This document shows, piece by piece, positions 18,237 to 27,600 of a DNA stretch of 64,000 nt. The stretch lies in NCBI GenBank assembly GCA_029932465.1, contig JAOZQA010000002.1:18992-82991 (forward strand), given 5' to 3'. This DNA is from Thermoplasmatota archaeon. Lineage in GTDB: Archaea; Thermoplasmatota; Penumbrarchaeia; Penumbrarchaeales; EX4484-36. The first letter of the stretch is position 1. Each line of letters opens with the position of its first letter. The notes beneath the pieces were generated by a model. The model worked only from the letters and a program-made list of their open reading frames with translations. It did not search any database and was not told the DNA's origin. The translations under genes were made by a program, and so were the position numbers.

Positions 18237-19193
18237 TCATCCCATAGCTTTTTTCTCTCTTCTGACCCTCCCGGGGAGATAGTAGGTTCTGCCCCGATAC
18301 TCCACGGGAACCATCGCACCCCCCATCTTCATAACCTCCATCACCGCTCTGGCATCCTCCACCCCCCAGCTTTTGAGAGTGCTCTCTATCTGCTCCTCCC
18401 TCATTGGATGCCTTAAGAGAATCCTGAGAATCCCCCCAATAGGGTCATCACCCTGAAGGACGAACTCACCACTCTCCAGTGCTGTAATTTCAAGTCCGTT
18501 TAGAAGCCTGTGGGCGTTGAAAAGGGCCTCGGGGGAGGGGGGCCTCACCCAGCTCTCCGCAGGGGGCCTGATGGGGATGTTGATGTACACCCTCTCGGGC
18601 TTAAGCAGACCAAAGTACTCTTTTAGGGCTTGAAGCTCCTCCTCGCTGTCGTTGAGCCCATCAACCAGCATTACCTCCACCCATATCTCTCCGGAGTATT
18701 CATCCCTCAAGGAAAGTAGACCCTCCAGGACTTCCTCAAAGACTAGGTCCCTGTGGGGCCTGTTGATCTTCTTCCAGGTCATCTCCACCGCCGTGTCGAC
18801 AGTAGGTGAGATCACGTCTGCACCGCTGACCTCCTCCCTCACCAAAGGAGAATAAAAGAGAGAGCCATTGGTTATGACGGAGACCGGGAAGGAATAGGCT
18901 TCCTTCACCCCGTCGATAAGATATTCCAAAGGGGTGTACAATGTGGGCTCCCCATCTCCGACGAAGGTTATGTAATCAATCCCCTCCTCAGCCCTCTTTA
19001 CACCCTCTCTGATCTCCTCAAGAAGCTCCTCTTTAGGAAAAAACTCCCTTCTCCTGTTGGTCATGTTTATGGTTCTTCCAAGCTGGCAGTAGACGCAGGA
19101 GTAGTTGCACGTCTTGAAGGGGATAGTGCTTACTCCAAGCGATCTTCCGAATCTTCGGGAAGGAACGGGACCGTAAACCCATCTGAGGGACAT
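18237..19193 (-). CDS. Radical SAM domain protein (function unknown)
   Basis: 318 aa; 'CNYSCVYCQLG' CxxxCxxC motif preceded by conserved 'YGPVPSRRFGRSLGV'. Confidence 0.7.
   Translation of the reverse strand: MSLRWVYGPVPSRRFGRSLGVSTIPFKTCNYSCVYCQLGRTINMTNRRREFFPKEELLEEIREGVKRAEEGIDYITFVGDGEPTLYTPLEYLIDGVKEAYSFPVSVITNGSLFYSPLVREEVSGADVISPTVDTAVEMTWKKINRPHRDLVFEEVLEGLLSLRDEYSGEIWVEVMLVDGLNDSEEELQALKEYFGLLKPERVYINIPIRPPAESWVRPPSPEALFNAHRLLNGLEITALESGEFVLQGDDPIGGILRILLRHPMREEQIESTLKSWGVEDARAVMEVMKMGGAMVPVEYRGRTYYLPGRVRREKKAMG
18249..18264 (+). terminator. T-rich tract downstream of hydA (candidate archaeal terminator)
   Basis: 'CTTTTTTCTCTCTTCT' 20 nt after the hydA stop, between convergent genes. 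Confidence 0.35.
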
Positions 19194-19265
19194 ATGTAAT
19201 CTACTAAAGGATGTGACGATAAACCTTTCGCCAAAATTTAGAATATCCGAAGGCCATACATTAGT

Positions 19266-19526
19266 ATGTACGGTCCCCCCTTAAGAAGTTACGGCCCCCC
19301 GGGGAGCCCCCCGGTTCCTAGGGGCTATACGTGGGGGCCTGACCCCCTTCCCCGGGCTGGACTTTTCATCATAGCCCTCATACTGGCATATCTCCTTCTC
19401 CCCGTGATCAAGCTCTTCCTGACCCTCATAATACTTCTCATAGCTGCCTACATCATCTACCGGCTACTGCTCTACCTGATCTCCTTCCTCTATCGGCCCC
19501 GGGGGATGAAGAGGAGGATTTTATGA
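19266..19526 (+). CDS. Small Pro-rich membrane protein (hypothetical)
   Basis: 86 aa; Pro/Gly-rich N-terminus then two hydrophobic helices; weak coding support. Confidence 0.3.
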   Translation: MYGPPLRSYGPPGSPPVPRGYTWGPDPLPRAGLFIIALILAYLLLPVIKLFLTLIILLIAAYIIYRLLLYLISFLYRPRGMKRRIL

Positions 19527-19529
19527 AGT

Positions 19530-20045
19530 GTGGGGTCACGGTTTCGATTTTATAGTTGTTCCCAATTACCCCTTCTCATGGGCCTCTTCTCAAGAAGAAA
19601 GGCGATGAGATATGCCGACGAGGGCTTTGACGCTCATGAAGCGGGTGATCTGAGAAAAGCAGAGGAGCTCTACCTACTTGGCCTGCAGGCGGATGAAGGG
19701 GTAGCTCATCTTCATTACCTCTACGGGAGGCTGCTTATAGAAACCGCCCGCCCTCGAGCGGCTGAGAAGGAGCTCCGAAGGGCTATAGAACTCGACTCAA
19801 CTATCGCAGAGGCCTACTCACTCCTCGGAAGCCTCCTCCACGAACAGGGGCGTCTAAAGGAGGCAGAAGAGCTCTACCTAAATGCTCTGAGAATCAAGCC
19901 CGATTATGTCAATGTCTACAGGAACCTGATCACCCTCTACAGAGACACCATGCAGTTCGAGAAGGTCTCGGAGACAGCGAAGGAGGCTCTGAAGTACGTT
20001 CAGGATCCCGCCCTGCGGACGGAGCTCGAGGAGCTCATCTTCTGA
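19530..20045 (+). CDS. TPR-repeat protein
   Basis: Three to four TPR-like repeats ('AEELYLLGLQ..', 'AEAYSLLGSLLHEQGRLKEAEELYLNALRIKPDY'); true start may be the internal 'MRYADEGF'. Confidence 0.55.
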   Translation: MGSRFRFYSCSQLPLLMGLFSRRKAMRYADEGFDAHEAGDLRKAEELYLLGLQADEGVAHLHYLYGRLLIETARPRAAEKELRRAIELDSTIAEAYSLLGSLLHEQGRLKEAEELYLNALRIKPDYVNVYRNLITLYRDTMQFEKVSETAKEALKYVQDPALRTELEELIF

Positions 20046-20811
20046 GTCTTCCCCTCAAGAGGTAGGCTGTGTGCTTTATACCGCTTATCTCAGGTCTTAC
20101 AGCCCCCTCCCTCAGCGACATCTCCCTCTCCAGAAGCTCCACGGCCTTCAGGTCTACAAAGCCAGCATCCTCCATGGCCTCTTTCGCCCTCTCAAGCTGG
20201 TTTACGGTGGGAAGATAGCAAACAAGACAGGAGCCGGGGCGAAGAGCATCTTTCACTGCAGGTATGACCCTCTCCGGGTCCGGTATGTCAAGGAGAGCCC
20301 CCTGAAGGTCCCTCTCCCGGACCTCTGCCACGTCAGCCTCCCTGAACTCTACCCACCTCTCAAGGCCGAGCTTCCTAATGCTCTCCTTCGCAACTTTCAG
20401 GTGCTCCGCTGATCTCTCGTAAGAGTATAGCACCCCCTCCGGTGCAAGGTGCCATGCGAGGTATGAGGTCATATGTCCGCTACCAGATCCTCCCTCAAGA
20501 ACCCTCATCCCACTCCTCACACCTAACATCGATATGATTCTTGAAGCGTCCTTCACAGTTATGATCTGCGCCCCCCGGGGGAGGATGACCGGGAAATCTT
20601 CCGGTGCGGGAGGGAGGATGTAGAAGGAGGTCCTGCCCCTTCTCACCTCCCCACCCCAACCCGCCTCCTTTATCTCCTCAATCTCAAGGACCGCCTCACC
20701 CCCTACCATAATGCGCTCACCCTCAAACTTGACCAAATATCTCTCCCTCCTTCTAGGGGAGACCACAAGGATAAGTGCTACATCTCCAATATTGATCTTA
20801 TTGTGCCACAT
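20035..20811 (-). CDS. trmI: tRNA (adenine-N1)-methyltransferase TrmI/Gcd14 family
   Basis: 258 aa; N-terminal beta-domain then SAM-MTase motif I 'VLEGGSGSGHMTSYLA'. Confidence 0.7.
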   Translation of the reverse strand: MWHNKINIGDVALILVVSPRRRERYLVKFEGERIMVGGEAVLEIEEIKEAGWGGEVRRGRTSFYILPPAPEDFPVILPRGAQIITVKDASRIISMLGVRSGMRVLEGGSGSGHMTSYLAWHLAPEGVLYSYERSAEHLKVAKESIRKLGLERWVEFREADVAEVRERDLQGALLDIPDPERVIPAVKDALRPGSCLVCYLPTVNQLERAKEAMEDAGFVDLKAVELLEREMSLREGAVRPEISGIKHTAYLLRGRLRR

Positions 20812-20861
20812 ATGTTACACCCTAAAGGTTTTCGGAAGCCCCGGGGAATTCCCCTAATAGC

Positions 20862-20869
20862 TTTATAAA
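20862..20869 (+). promoter_or_regulatory. TATA box (TTTATAAA) for the downstream small ORF/membrane-protein gene
   Basis: Archaeal TATA consensus ~45 nt upstream of the ATG at 20913. Confidence 0.4.
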
Positions 20870-20912
20870 ATCCGGCGGGATAAAAATAGTTAGCGGAAAG
20901 GAGGTGGTATAA

Positions 20913-21065
20913 ATGGCTGACGGCGACTCCATTGAGACTCTTCTTAAGGAGATCGAGAAGATGTCAGTCACCATGCGGGAGAAGAACTACAATTACTTTA
21001 AAATCAAGGATGAAAAGGTACCCAAAGGGCTCTGTTTCAAGCCGTGGATAAGGAGAGCCTCGTAA
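20913..21065 (+). CDS. Small hypothetical protein (50 aa), not in ORF track
   Basis: ATG preceded by a strong 'GGAGGTG' RBS at -12..-6 and an upstream TATA box; translation MADGDSIETLLKEIEKMSVTMREKNYNYFKIKDEKVPKGLCFKPWIRRAS. Confidence 0.35.
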   Translation: MADGDSIETLLKEIEKMSVTMREKNYNYFKIKDEKVPKGLCFKPWIRRAS

Positions 21066-22279
21066 CTGTTTTTAACCAGTATCCTCTTTCCCCCCCTATG
21101 CAGGCACCAAAATGGTTCAGCCAGATTCCGATTTTCGTTCTCGTTGCTGCACTTTTTTTGATCCTTCTGCCTCTTCCGTGGAGCATCGTTCGGACCCCTG
21201 AGGGAGGTAAGCAAATGGGGGCCGTCTCATATGAGATCGATGCCCATCTCACCCCATGGAAGGCCGATTACAACGTAACCGCCAGGGTGGGCGAAGGGGG
21301 TTTCCTTGGAGGTTTTGGTGGAGGCAACAACATAACCGTTGAAGGTGAACGCTACTACGTAACTGGCGGCGCCGAGGCGCTGGAGGACATCGGCATCATC
21401 TACGACAGTTATAAGGTTAAGGAGGGGAGGATCAGGATTAAGGCCCGGGAAGGGTTTGTAAACCTGACAGTGAGGGTGGAGGTTGACATGATCCCCTTCT
21501 ATAGGGAAGGTTCTGACATCACTGTAAGAGTTTTGACTAGGGTGGAGGAGGCCCTTGTCGCTTTTAAAGAGATAAGGGTTGAGGGGGTTAAGATAATTCT
21601 GAAGCGCCACTGGAGTGATGATGCCCTCACCTACCTTAAGAACACAACGCTGAGGTTTGACCCCGGGGTAAAGAACACCATATATGACCCCAATGACGGG
21701 CTCAAATGGGAGCTGAAGGTGAAGATGCCTAAAGGAGAGGGAAGGGTGGGGGTAACTGCCCTGCTGGACATCTCCTTCAAGGATTCCGAGGGCAGAGAAG
21801 AGGATTACATTGTCACTTCGGCCCCCAACCCCATAAACCTCTACCCGGTCACCACTTCCCAATTCGTGAGCCTATCTGGACTTGCCGCTGCCGGGCTGGA
21901 GGGCACGGCAGGGGCCCTTCTCGCTCTGCTGGCACCCCTTATCAGGCGAAGGGGGAGGCTGAAGAGGGGGCTTCAGGTGGCAGGTGCTGTCCTCCTTCTC
22001 GTCTCACCGCTGCACTTCGTCTCCTCCGTCGGGACCATTGGGGATCTTCTGGCTTTGAGAATAAGCGGCGCGAAGGAAATGATCTCCCTGACCGCCATTC
22101 CCTACGCTTTGCTCGCCCTGGCAGCGTTGCATCTCATCCTTGTACTCCTTGGGGTCTTCGGCATTCTGAAGCTCTCTGCCGGGGAGAAAGAAGAGGAGAT
22201 GAAGGAGGAGGAAAGAGGGGAAGGTCTATCTGAGAAGGAGGAGGCACTCTCAGAGGGGCTCTTCAGAAGGGTTGAATGA
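21044..22279 (+). CDS. Membrane/exported hypothetical protein
   Basis: 411 aa; N-terminal TM/signal ('IPIFVLVAALFLILLPL'), large beta-rich middle, three C-terminal TM helices and an acidic tail; start uncertain (may be 'MQAPKW' at ~21098). Confidence 0.45.
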   Translation: MDKESLVTVFNQYPLSPPMQAPKWFSQIPIFVLVAALFLILLPLPWSIVRTPEGGKQMGAVSYEIDAHLTPWKADYNVTARVGEGGFLGGFGGGNNITVEGERYYVTGGAEALEDIGIIYDSYKVKEGRIRIKAREGFVNLTVRVEVDMIPFYREGSDITVRVLTRVEEALVAFKEIRVEGVKIILKRHWSDDALTYLKNTTLRFDPGVKNTIYDPNDGLKWELKVKMPKGEGRVGVTALLDISFKDSEGREEDYIVTSAPNPINLYPVTTSQFVSLSGLAAAGLEGTAGALLALLAPLIRRRGRLKRGLQVAGAVLLLVSPLHFVSSVGTIGDLLALRISGAKEMISLTAIPYALLALAALHLILVLLGVFGILKLSAGEKEEEMKEEERGEGLSEKEEALSEGLFRRVE

Positions 22280-22666
22280 TACCCCCTCTATCGCCCTCTT
22301 TATGTCGTCCCCACCCTCCCTGCTCCAGAACCTCCTCACTGTTGTGTATATCCCGCCGCGGACTTTTACTTTTAGCTCTACGAAGAGCCAGCGTGGTTTC
22401 ACCACCTCAATGAAGTCCTCCACCACCCTGTTGATGAGCTCCTCATGGTATATTCCCTCGTTCCTGAAGGAGTTGAAGTAGAACTTAAGCGATTTTAGCT
22501 CGATAAGGTATTTGTCGGGTTCGTAGACTATCCTGATAGAGTAGAAATCCGGGAGGGAAGTAGTGGGACAGACGGCTGTAAGCTCATCTGTTGTGTGCTC
22601 TGCAACGAAATGCTTCGAGCTGTATCTGTTCTCTATAACCTTCAGGAGCTTCCTTTTCTCATCCAT
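22250..22666 (-). CDS. queF: QueF-like protein (7-cyano-7-deazaguanine reductase family, T-fold)
   Basis: 138 aa; catalytic Cys context 'AVCPTTSLPDF' and QueF motif 'ELKSLKFYF'. Confidence 0.7.
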   Translation of the reverse strand: MDEKRKLLKVIENRYSSKHFVAEHTTDELTAVCPTTSLPDFYSIRIVYEPDKYLIELKSLKFYFNSFRNEGIYHEELINRVVEDFIEVVKPRWLFVELKVKVRGGIYTTVRRFWSREGGDDIKRAIEGVSFNPSEEPL

Positions 22667-22737
22667 CGGGCCACCATCGGAGGCCCTTAAGATGAGGCGT
22701 TAAATAATAATTTCCCTGCGATAAAAAGAGGCGAAGG

Positions 22738-22745
22738 TTTATAAT
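22738..22745 (+). promoter_or_regulatory. TATA box (TTTATAAT) giving a leaderless transcript for the CBS gene
   Basis: TATA centred ~27 nt upstream of the ATG at 22769. Confidence 0.35.
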
Positions 22746-22768
22746 GATGCTCAAGAATACTGCCTCAC

Positions 22769-23200
22769 ATGTCATCTGAAGTAAAGGATGAGGAAAAGGT
22801 CTCTGTGGAGAGGTTGTCCCTTAAGGATTTCAACATCAGCGACGAGTACGACACCGTCACAGCGGAGGATCCCCTCAAAGAGGCTGCTGGCAAACTCATA
22901 ACCCTGAAAAACGGCGTGGTCTTTGTCATGTCTGGAGATGTTCCTGTGGGTATCATTGCCGGGGAGGAGGTCATAGCTGCCGTCAGCGACGGGAAGGGTC
23001 CAGAAACCCCCTGCAGGGAGGTGGCATCCACCAGGATACTGAAGATATCCTACGACATCAAGATGACGGAGCTCATACCCCTGCTGGTGAAGGAGAGGCC
23101 CAGGGCCATTGCTGTAATGGATGAGAACGAACACTTCAAGGGATATTTCTCCCCTAAGGACTACACCGAGGCGCTGAAAAAGGCCGGGATCATCCCGTGA
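22769..23200 (+). CDS. CBS-domain pair protein
   Basis: 143 aa; two CBS-like repeats ('VVFVMSGDVPVGIIAGEEV', 'AIAVMDENEHFKGYFSPKD'). Confidence 0.6.
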   Translation: MSSEVKDEEKVSVERLSLKDFNISDEYDTVTAEDPLKEAAGKLITLKNGVVFVMSGDVPVGIIAGEEVIAAVSDGKGPETPCREVASTRILKISYDIKMTELIPLLVKERPRAIAVMDENEHFKGYFSPKDYTEALKKAGIIP

Positions 23201-24104
23201 GGGCTATTATCAAATAGTAGATAAGCGGCATAAGAAGATTGCCGCCCAAAAGCGTGAGGAGAAAACCAGCAGTTAAGAAGAGTATGAAAGGGGTCTTGGG
23301 GGTTGCCCAGTAGGTTCCATTCTCCGTTACCTCCTGGCTATCCTCTTTCACCAGCCTTCCCTCCCTTTCCACGTAAACCCACCAGTGCCCTCTTTTCGCC
23401 TCTTCCAGTTCCAGCCTGCGGGAAGTGAAGAAGAACCGAAGAGGTGCACCCCCATCCTTTATGTTGACAGCCGAGAAGTAGATTATCGACGCGAGAAGAC
23501 TGAGAAGGGCCGCGTTTATGAGGGTCGAGAAGGAGGGTGGGAAAATCACAAGAAGGGGATGGGGAATCCCAAAATTCGTAAGCAACGGGAGGGATTTCAT
23601 GCAGGAGTAGGTGGGCAATAGGATGGAGAGAACCTGAAGTGCCTTGACGTCGGCACCGCCGTGGAGGAGGTAGATACCCCCTGCGGGTATGAAGAAGAGG
23701 GCAAGATAGAGTCCTTCGAGAAGAAGAGCTACAAAGGCCGGCTGGTAGGTGCTCCGGTAGGACATTAGGTCTTTCAGCACGATAATCGCAGAGAGAATAT
23801 AAAGAAGGAGGAAGGCCCAGTCAAGTGGGTTCCCCCGCCTCAAGTCCTCAGCGGAGGGATAACCTACAAGGAGAACGGAGAGGAGCGCAAACATTGGTAT
23901 GATAAGAAGCGCTCCCCAAAGCCCCGAGCTCCTATACTGGGCAAATCCCATCAGTGTAAGGGCTATCAGCGAGGAGATCCACCAATGGAGGTCAGGAACC
24001 TGTCTCTTCTTCAGGTCAAAAATTGAAGCAGACACCATGGTGACCATATAAATGCTCAGAGAAATCCACAAAAGAGGAGAGGGCACGTAGTCCGATGTAA
24101 TCAC
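23190..24104 (-). CDS. A24-family aspartic membrane peptidase (archaeal prepilin/preflagellin peptidase, FlaK/PibD/EppA-like)
   Basis: 304 aa polytopic; first catalytic Asp motif 'FDLKKRQVPD' and second 'GGADVKAL'; ~100-aa C-terminal extension. Confidence 0.6.
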   Translation of the reverse strand: MITSDYVPSPLLWISLSIYMVTMVSASIFDLKKRQVPDLHWWISSLIALTLMGFAQYRSSGLWGALLIIPMFALLSVLLVGYPSAEDLRRGNPLDWAFLLLYILSAIIVLKDLMSYRSTYQPAFVALLLEGLYLALFFIPAGGIYLLHGGADVKALQVLSILLPTYSCMKSLPLLTNFGIPHPLLVIFPPSFSTLINAALLSLLASIIYFSAVNIKDGGAPLRFFFTSRRLELEEAKRGHWWVYVEREGRLVKEDSQEVTENGTYWATPKTPFILFLTAGFLLTLLGGNLLMPLIYYLIIALTG

Positions 24105-24661
24105 CCCTTACAGAGCCTTTCAGCCTTCTCTTTGATCTTTCTGGCGAGTGTGGGATTCATCCCCTCTACCCTGAGGAGGTCTCTAATCTCCGCCTCGGCG
24201 ACCTCTTCAAGCGTCCGGTAGCCGGCCGCATGGAGGGACTGAGCCCTCACCTCATCAAGTCCAAGGTACGCTCTGAAGAGGGATATCGCATCATCCCCTC
24301 CCGCCATTCTGTCAACATGCTTTGCGCTGATCACCCCTGCTTCTATCCTCCTCCCGTAGCTCTCTGAGAAGCCCTCCACCAAGGCGGCCTCCCCGTAGAG
24401 GAGCACTACACTCTGTTCGTTCACACTGACGCTTTTCAGTCCTATAAGCGCATTACCGCCCTTCTCCTGGACCTGTCTCAGGAGCTCCTCCATCGCCTCG
24501 TCAAAAAGCTCCTCCAGAAGAGGACCAGAGGGGGGCAGTCCAGGGACCTCCCCGGGGAGCTCTATTGCCTTCCTTACAATCCCAAGACGCCTCTTTATCT
24601 TCACCCCGGGAGGTGAATCAGAAAGGGTGATGAGCACCCTCTCACCTCCCTGCAGCCGCAA
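24101..24661 (-). CDS. YbjQ/UPF0145-domain protein fused to tandem helix-hairpin-helix motifs
   Basis: 186 aa; N-terminal YbjQ-like region ('RVLITLSDSPPGVKIKRRLGIVRKAI...GGNALIGLK'); C-terminal 'LGLDEVRAQSLHAAGYRTLEEV...LLRVEGMNPTLARKI' HhH pair. Confidence 0.5.
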   Translation of the reverse strand: MRLQGGERVLITLSDSPPGVKIKRRLGIVRKAIELPGEVPGLPPSGPLLEELFDEAMEELLRQVQEKGGNALIGLKSVSVNEQSVVLLYGEAALVEGFSESYGRRIEAGVISAKHVDRMAGGDDAISLFRAYLGLDEVRAQSLHAAGYRTLEEVAEAEIRDLLRVEGMNPTLARKIKEKAERLCKG

Positions 24662-27600
24662 TCCTTCTTTTCAGGTAAAGCCTCCTTATGACCTCAGCGG
24701 TGAGGAGACCTACGCCCGTTATAAAAAGGGCGTCCAGGAGGAGGGAGCCCTTCACCCGGTCAGGATGACTTTCGGCACCGAAGGGGGTGTGGCCGCCGAT
24801 GTTCACGGGGCTGCGGAGCGCCTCGGGCTGGCCCCAGGCGTGCATTGGCGAGAAGACCTTCAGGTCCGGATCCCCGTAGAAGACCAGGTTCTCGAAGATG
24901 TCCCACCACCAGGCGTCCAGCAGATACTCTATGCCCACGTGCGCTATCCCCCTCTCATATGCCTCACCCACGGTATAGTTGTAGTATATGTCCTTGACGA
25001 AGGTTTCCATGGCAAAGGAGGAGTACCAAGATGTGAGCCAGGGGTCTATAACCTGGAAGACGGAGCCGTGCCTGACGAGGGAGAGATGAAGGTAGGTATT
25101 AGCTATGAGGCAGCTGCCGGCCGAGAAGCCCATGGAGTGAATGTTATCAAGGGCTTCATCTATCTGTAGGCCGCGGTTGCTGTACTCGGTCTGGCGCTGC
25201 TGCAGGAGTGCTATGACCACTCCATCGTGTGTCTCAGGGATTATTCCGGCATCAGTCACAGGGCCGAACCCGGGCTGCACATCGAGACCTATATGCTTGT
25301 TCATTGTGGCCACGTCCGGGTCATCGGTAGCACCCCTGAGCCTCTGAAGGTCGCCGCTTACAGGAATCCCGTTCTCCTCATAACCCCTCCACGGGTCTCT
25401 TTCCTCGTTGGCGTCCGGGTTCCACCACCCCACTACTCCCGACTCAGTATGTCCTCCGTGCATGACCTCAAGCCACATGATGACCCCACGATTCAAGTTC
25501 TCCACTGTCCTCTCAAAGGTTGTTGTCTGAACATGGTCATACCCTATCTTCTCCAGGTAATAGGGGACCATCTCGGAGGTGTCTATGTCCGGCCAGACGC
25601 CATTGGGGTCTATTGGGTCATCTGAGGGGGTCTCCCCGGGGACTATCCCGGTCCTTGTTGTGTACTTGCACCCCCAGTACTCGCTCCCCCTCTCGTTGAA
25701 CTTGTACTGATAGGATACCCAGGTCTCCTGCACAGCATACCTAGTCTGAACCTCTCTCTCCTTCTCGACGATCCTGAGCACCCCTCCCACCCTGGTAGAG
25801 GAGGAACCCTGCCACCTCATCCCGTCATGCTCATCCAGGGCTGGGTTCACGGCAGGGTTAGCAAAAATGATCTGGGGGTAGAAGATGGAGCGGGAGATCC
25901 AGGCAGCGGCATCCACTGGAGAGCCCATGATTCTTCCAGCCTGGGCCGCCCCAACCAAGGCCCTGTCCCAGGAGGTGCCTATGTCGAATTGGTCCGCTAC
26001 GGTTATTATGCTCTCCTTCACCCCTTTTATTCCTCCTATCTCAGCTCCCATTTGCATGAGGAAGCTGTAGATTGCCTTTCCCTCAAGGACCATACAGCCC
26101 ACCGAGGGCGGGAGCCTGCTGGGGTAGGCCTTGAGCCAGAAGTTGTTGTGCCACGCCTGAGCCTGGGAGAGCCTTCGATGGACGTCTGTTATGAAGACGG
26201 GGCTGCCGTGGTGGGCAGCGGCTAGTGTGGCGGGGCCCACGAAGTATGCCCCGGGGAACTCCCCCTTAGGATTCTCCCTCCTCGCTGCAACGTACCAGTA
26301 GGACCAGGGGTCTACAGTAGTGAAGACTACATCGCCGGTGGGTTTCCCGTCGGTGCCGGCCCTGGAGATGATCTCACGATAGATATCCACGTAGGAGGTT
26401 ATCCTCTTAACCTTGATCTCCTTCTGCAGAAGCCCCCTCGCCCTGTCTATCCCCTTGAAAAGGCCCTCCCCAGCGTGTCCACCCAGGTCCACCACGTATA
26501 CCTTCTCCACGCCCAGCAGGTTAAGGGCATCTTTGACCTCACCCGGTAGCCTGCCATAAGGGACGTAGAGAAGAGGAGCGTTAAGAAGGGATGCCAGAAC
26601 CGCCCCATTGGTAGCCGAGGCAAAGGAGTCGCCCTCCCTCGGGTCTTTCACCTGCCTGAAAGAGTAGGAGAGCTTGAATTCGGTGGAGGAGCCTTCAAGG
26701 TTGACCACAGCCACCCTGTAGCGGCCCATGCCCAGGCTCTTCACTTCAAGAACCTGACGTCTGGACTGAGTAGAGTCCATCGCAGTTGTCACCTCAGCCC
26801 CGTTCTCATCCAGAAGGATTATTCCCAAGCGCGCCGAGGGGTCATCCCAGCTCACCTCAAAAGTGGCGTCCCTACTGTAGAACGGCACCTCATCGGGGAT
26901 GTCTATCTCCACCCCGGGGTAGAGTGTATAGTCTATTCTATAGTTCACCTCAGCGCTCCAAGGCTGTTCAGGATTCACCCTCTCCAAAATGCGGGGATTT
27001 CTCTCGAAGTAGTCTGTGAGGGCCTTCTGGTACTCATAGCTCTCGGTGGGCATGTAGGTGACGGCGAACTTCCACTCTCCGCTGTGGTAAACGTAGGAGG
27101 CGACGTGCTCCGAGGCGCCGGTTAGGACGTTCCATTCCTCAGAGGCGGCGACCTCTCCAAGCTGCATGTCGTAGAGCTGAAGGTCTGGATCCTTCCCCCG
27201 GGCGAGGAGCTCCCCAAGTTGCGTCTGGCTCCATGTCATAACGGCGTCTATGTACTTGTACCCCTCCCCAACTGTGAAGGGGTGCTCGTTGGGGTCCACT
27301 GGGGAGGGCATTTTGCTCCCTTCAACGCTGCCTTTTTCGGGACTCGCGGAGGGTGTGACCCCCTCAAGCTCCCCGGATATCTCCCTATCCGGCTGGGGTG
27401 GAGAGGGGTCTATCACCGCTATTACTGCTACTCGGGAATACTTCCAGCCATCCTTTGCCAGTGCTGCGGAGACCTCCCAGGGGCCCTCCCCCTCAATGGT
27501 GTTCACCTCCTCCGCCTTCCACTCTCCCCCAATCTGTGCGGGGGGAGTACTGAAACCCAAGAGATTGATTCTCTTCAAGGAGCCCCCGTTAACCGTGAGG

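Noticed and set aside
22745-22783. C-box-like 'ATGATGC' and D-box-like 'CTGA' about 35 nt apart, suggesting a C/D box sRNA
   Set aside because: Too short for a complete C/D-C'/D' sRNA and it overlaps the start of the CBS-domain CDS. Most likely chance motifs in a promoter/leaderless start region.
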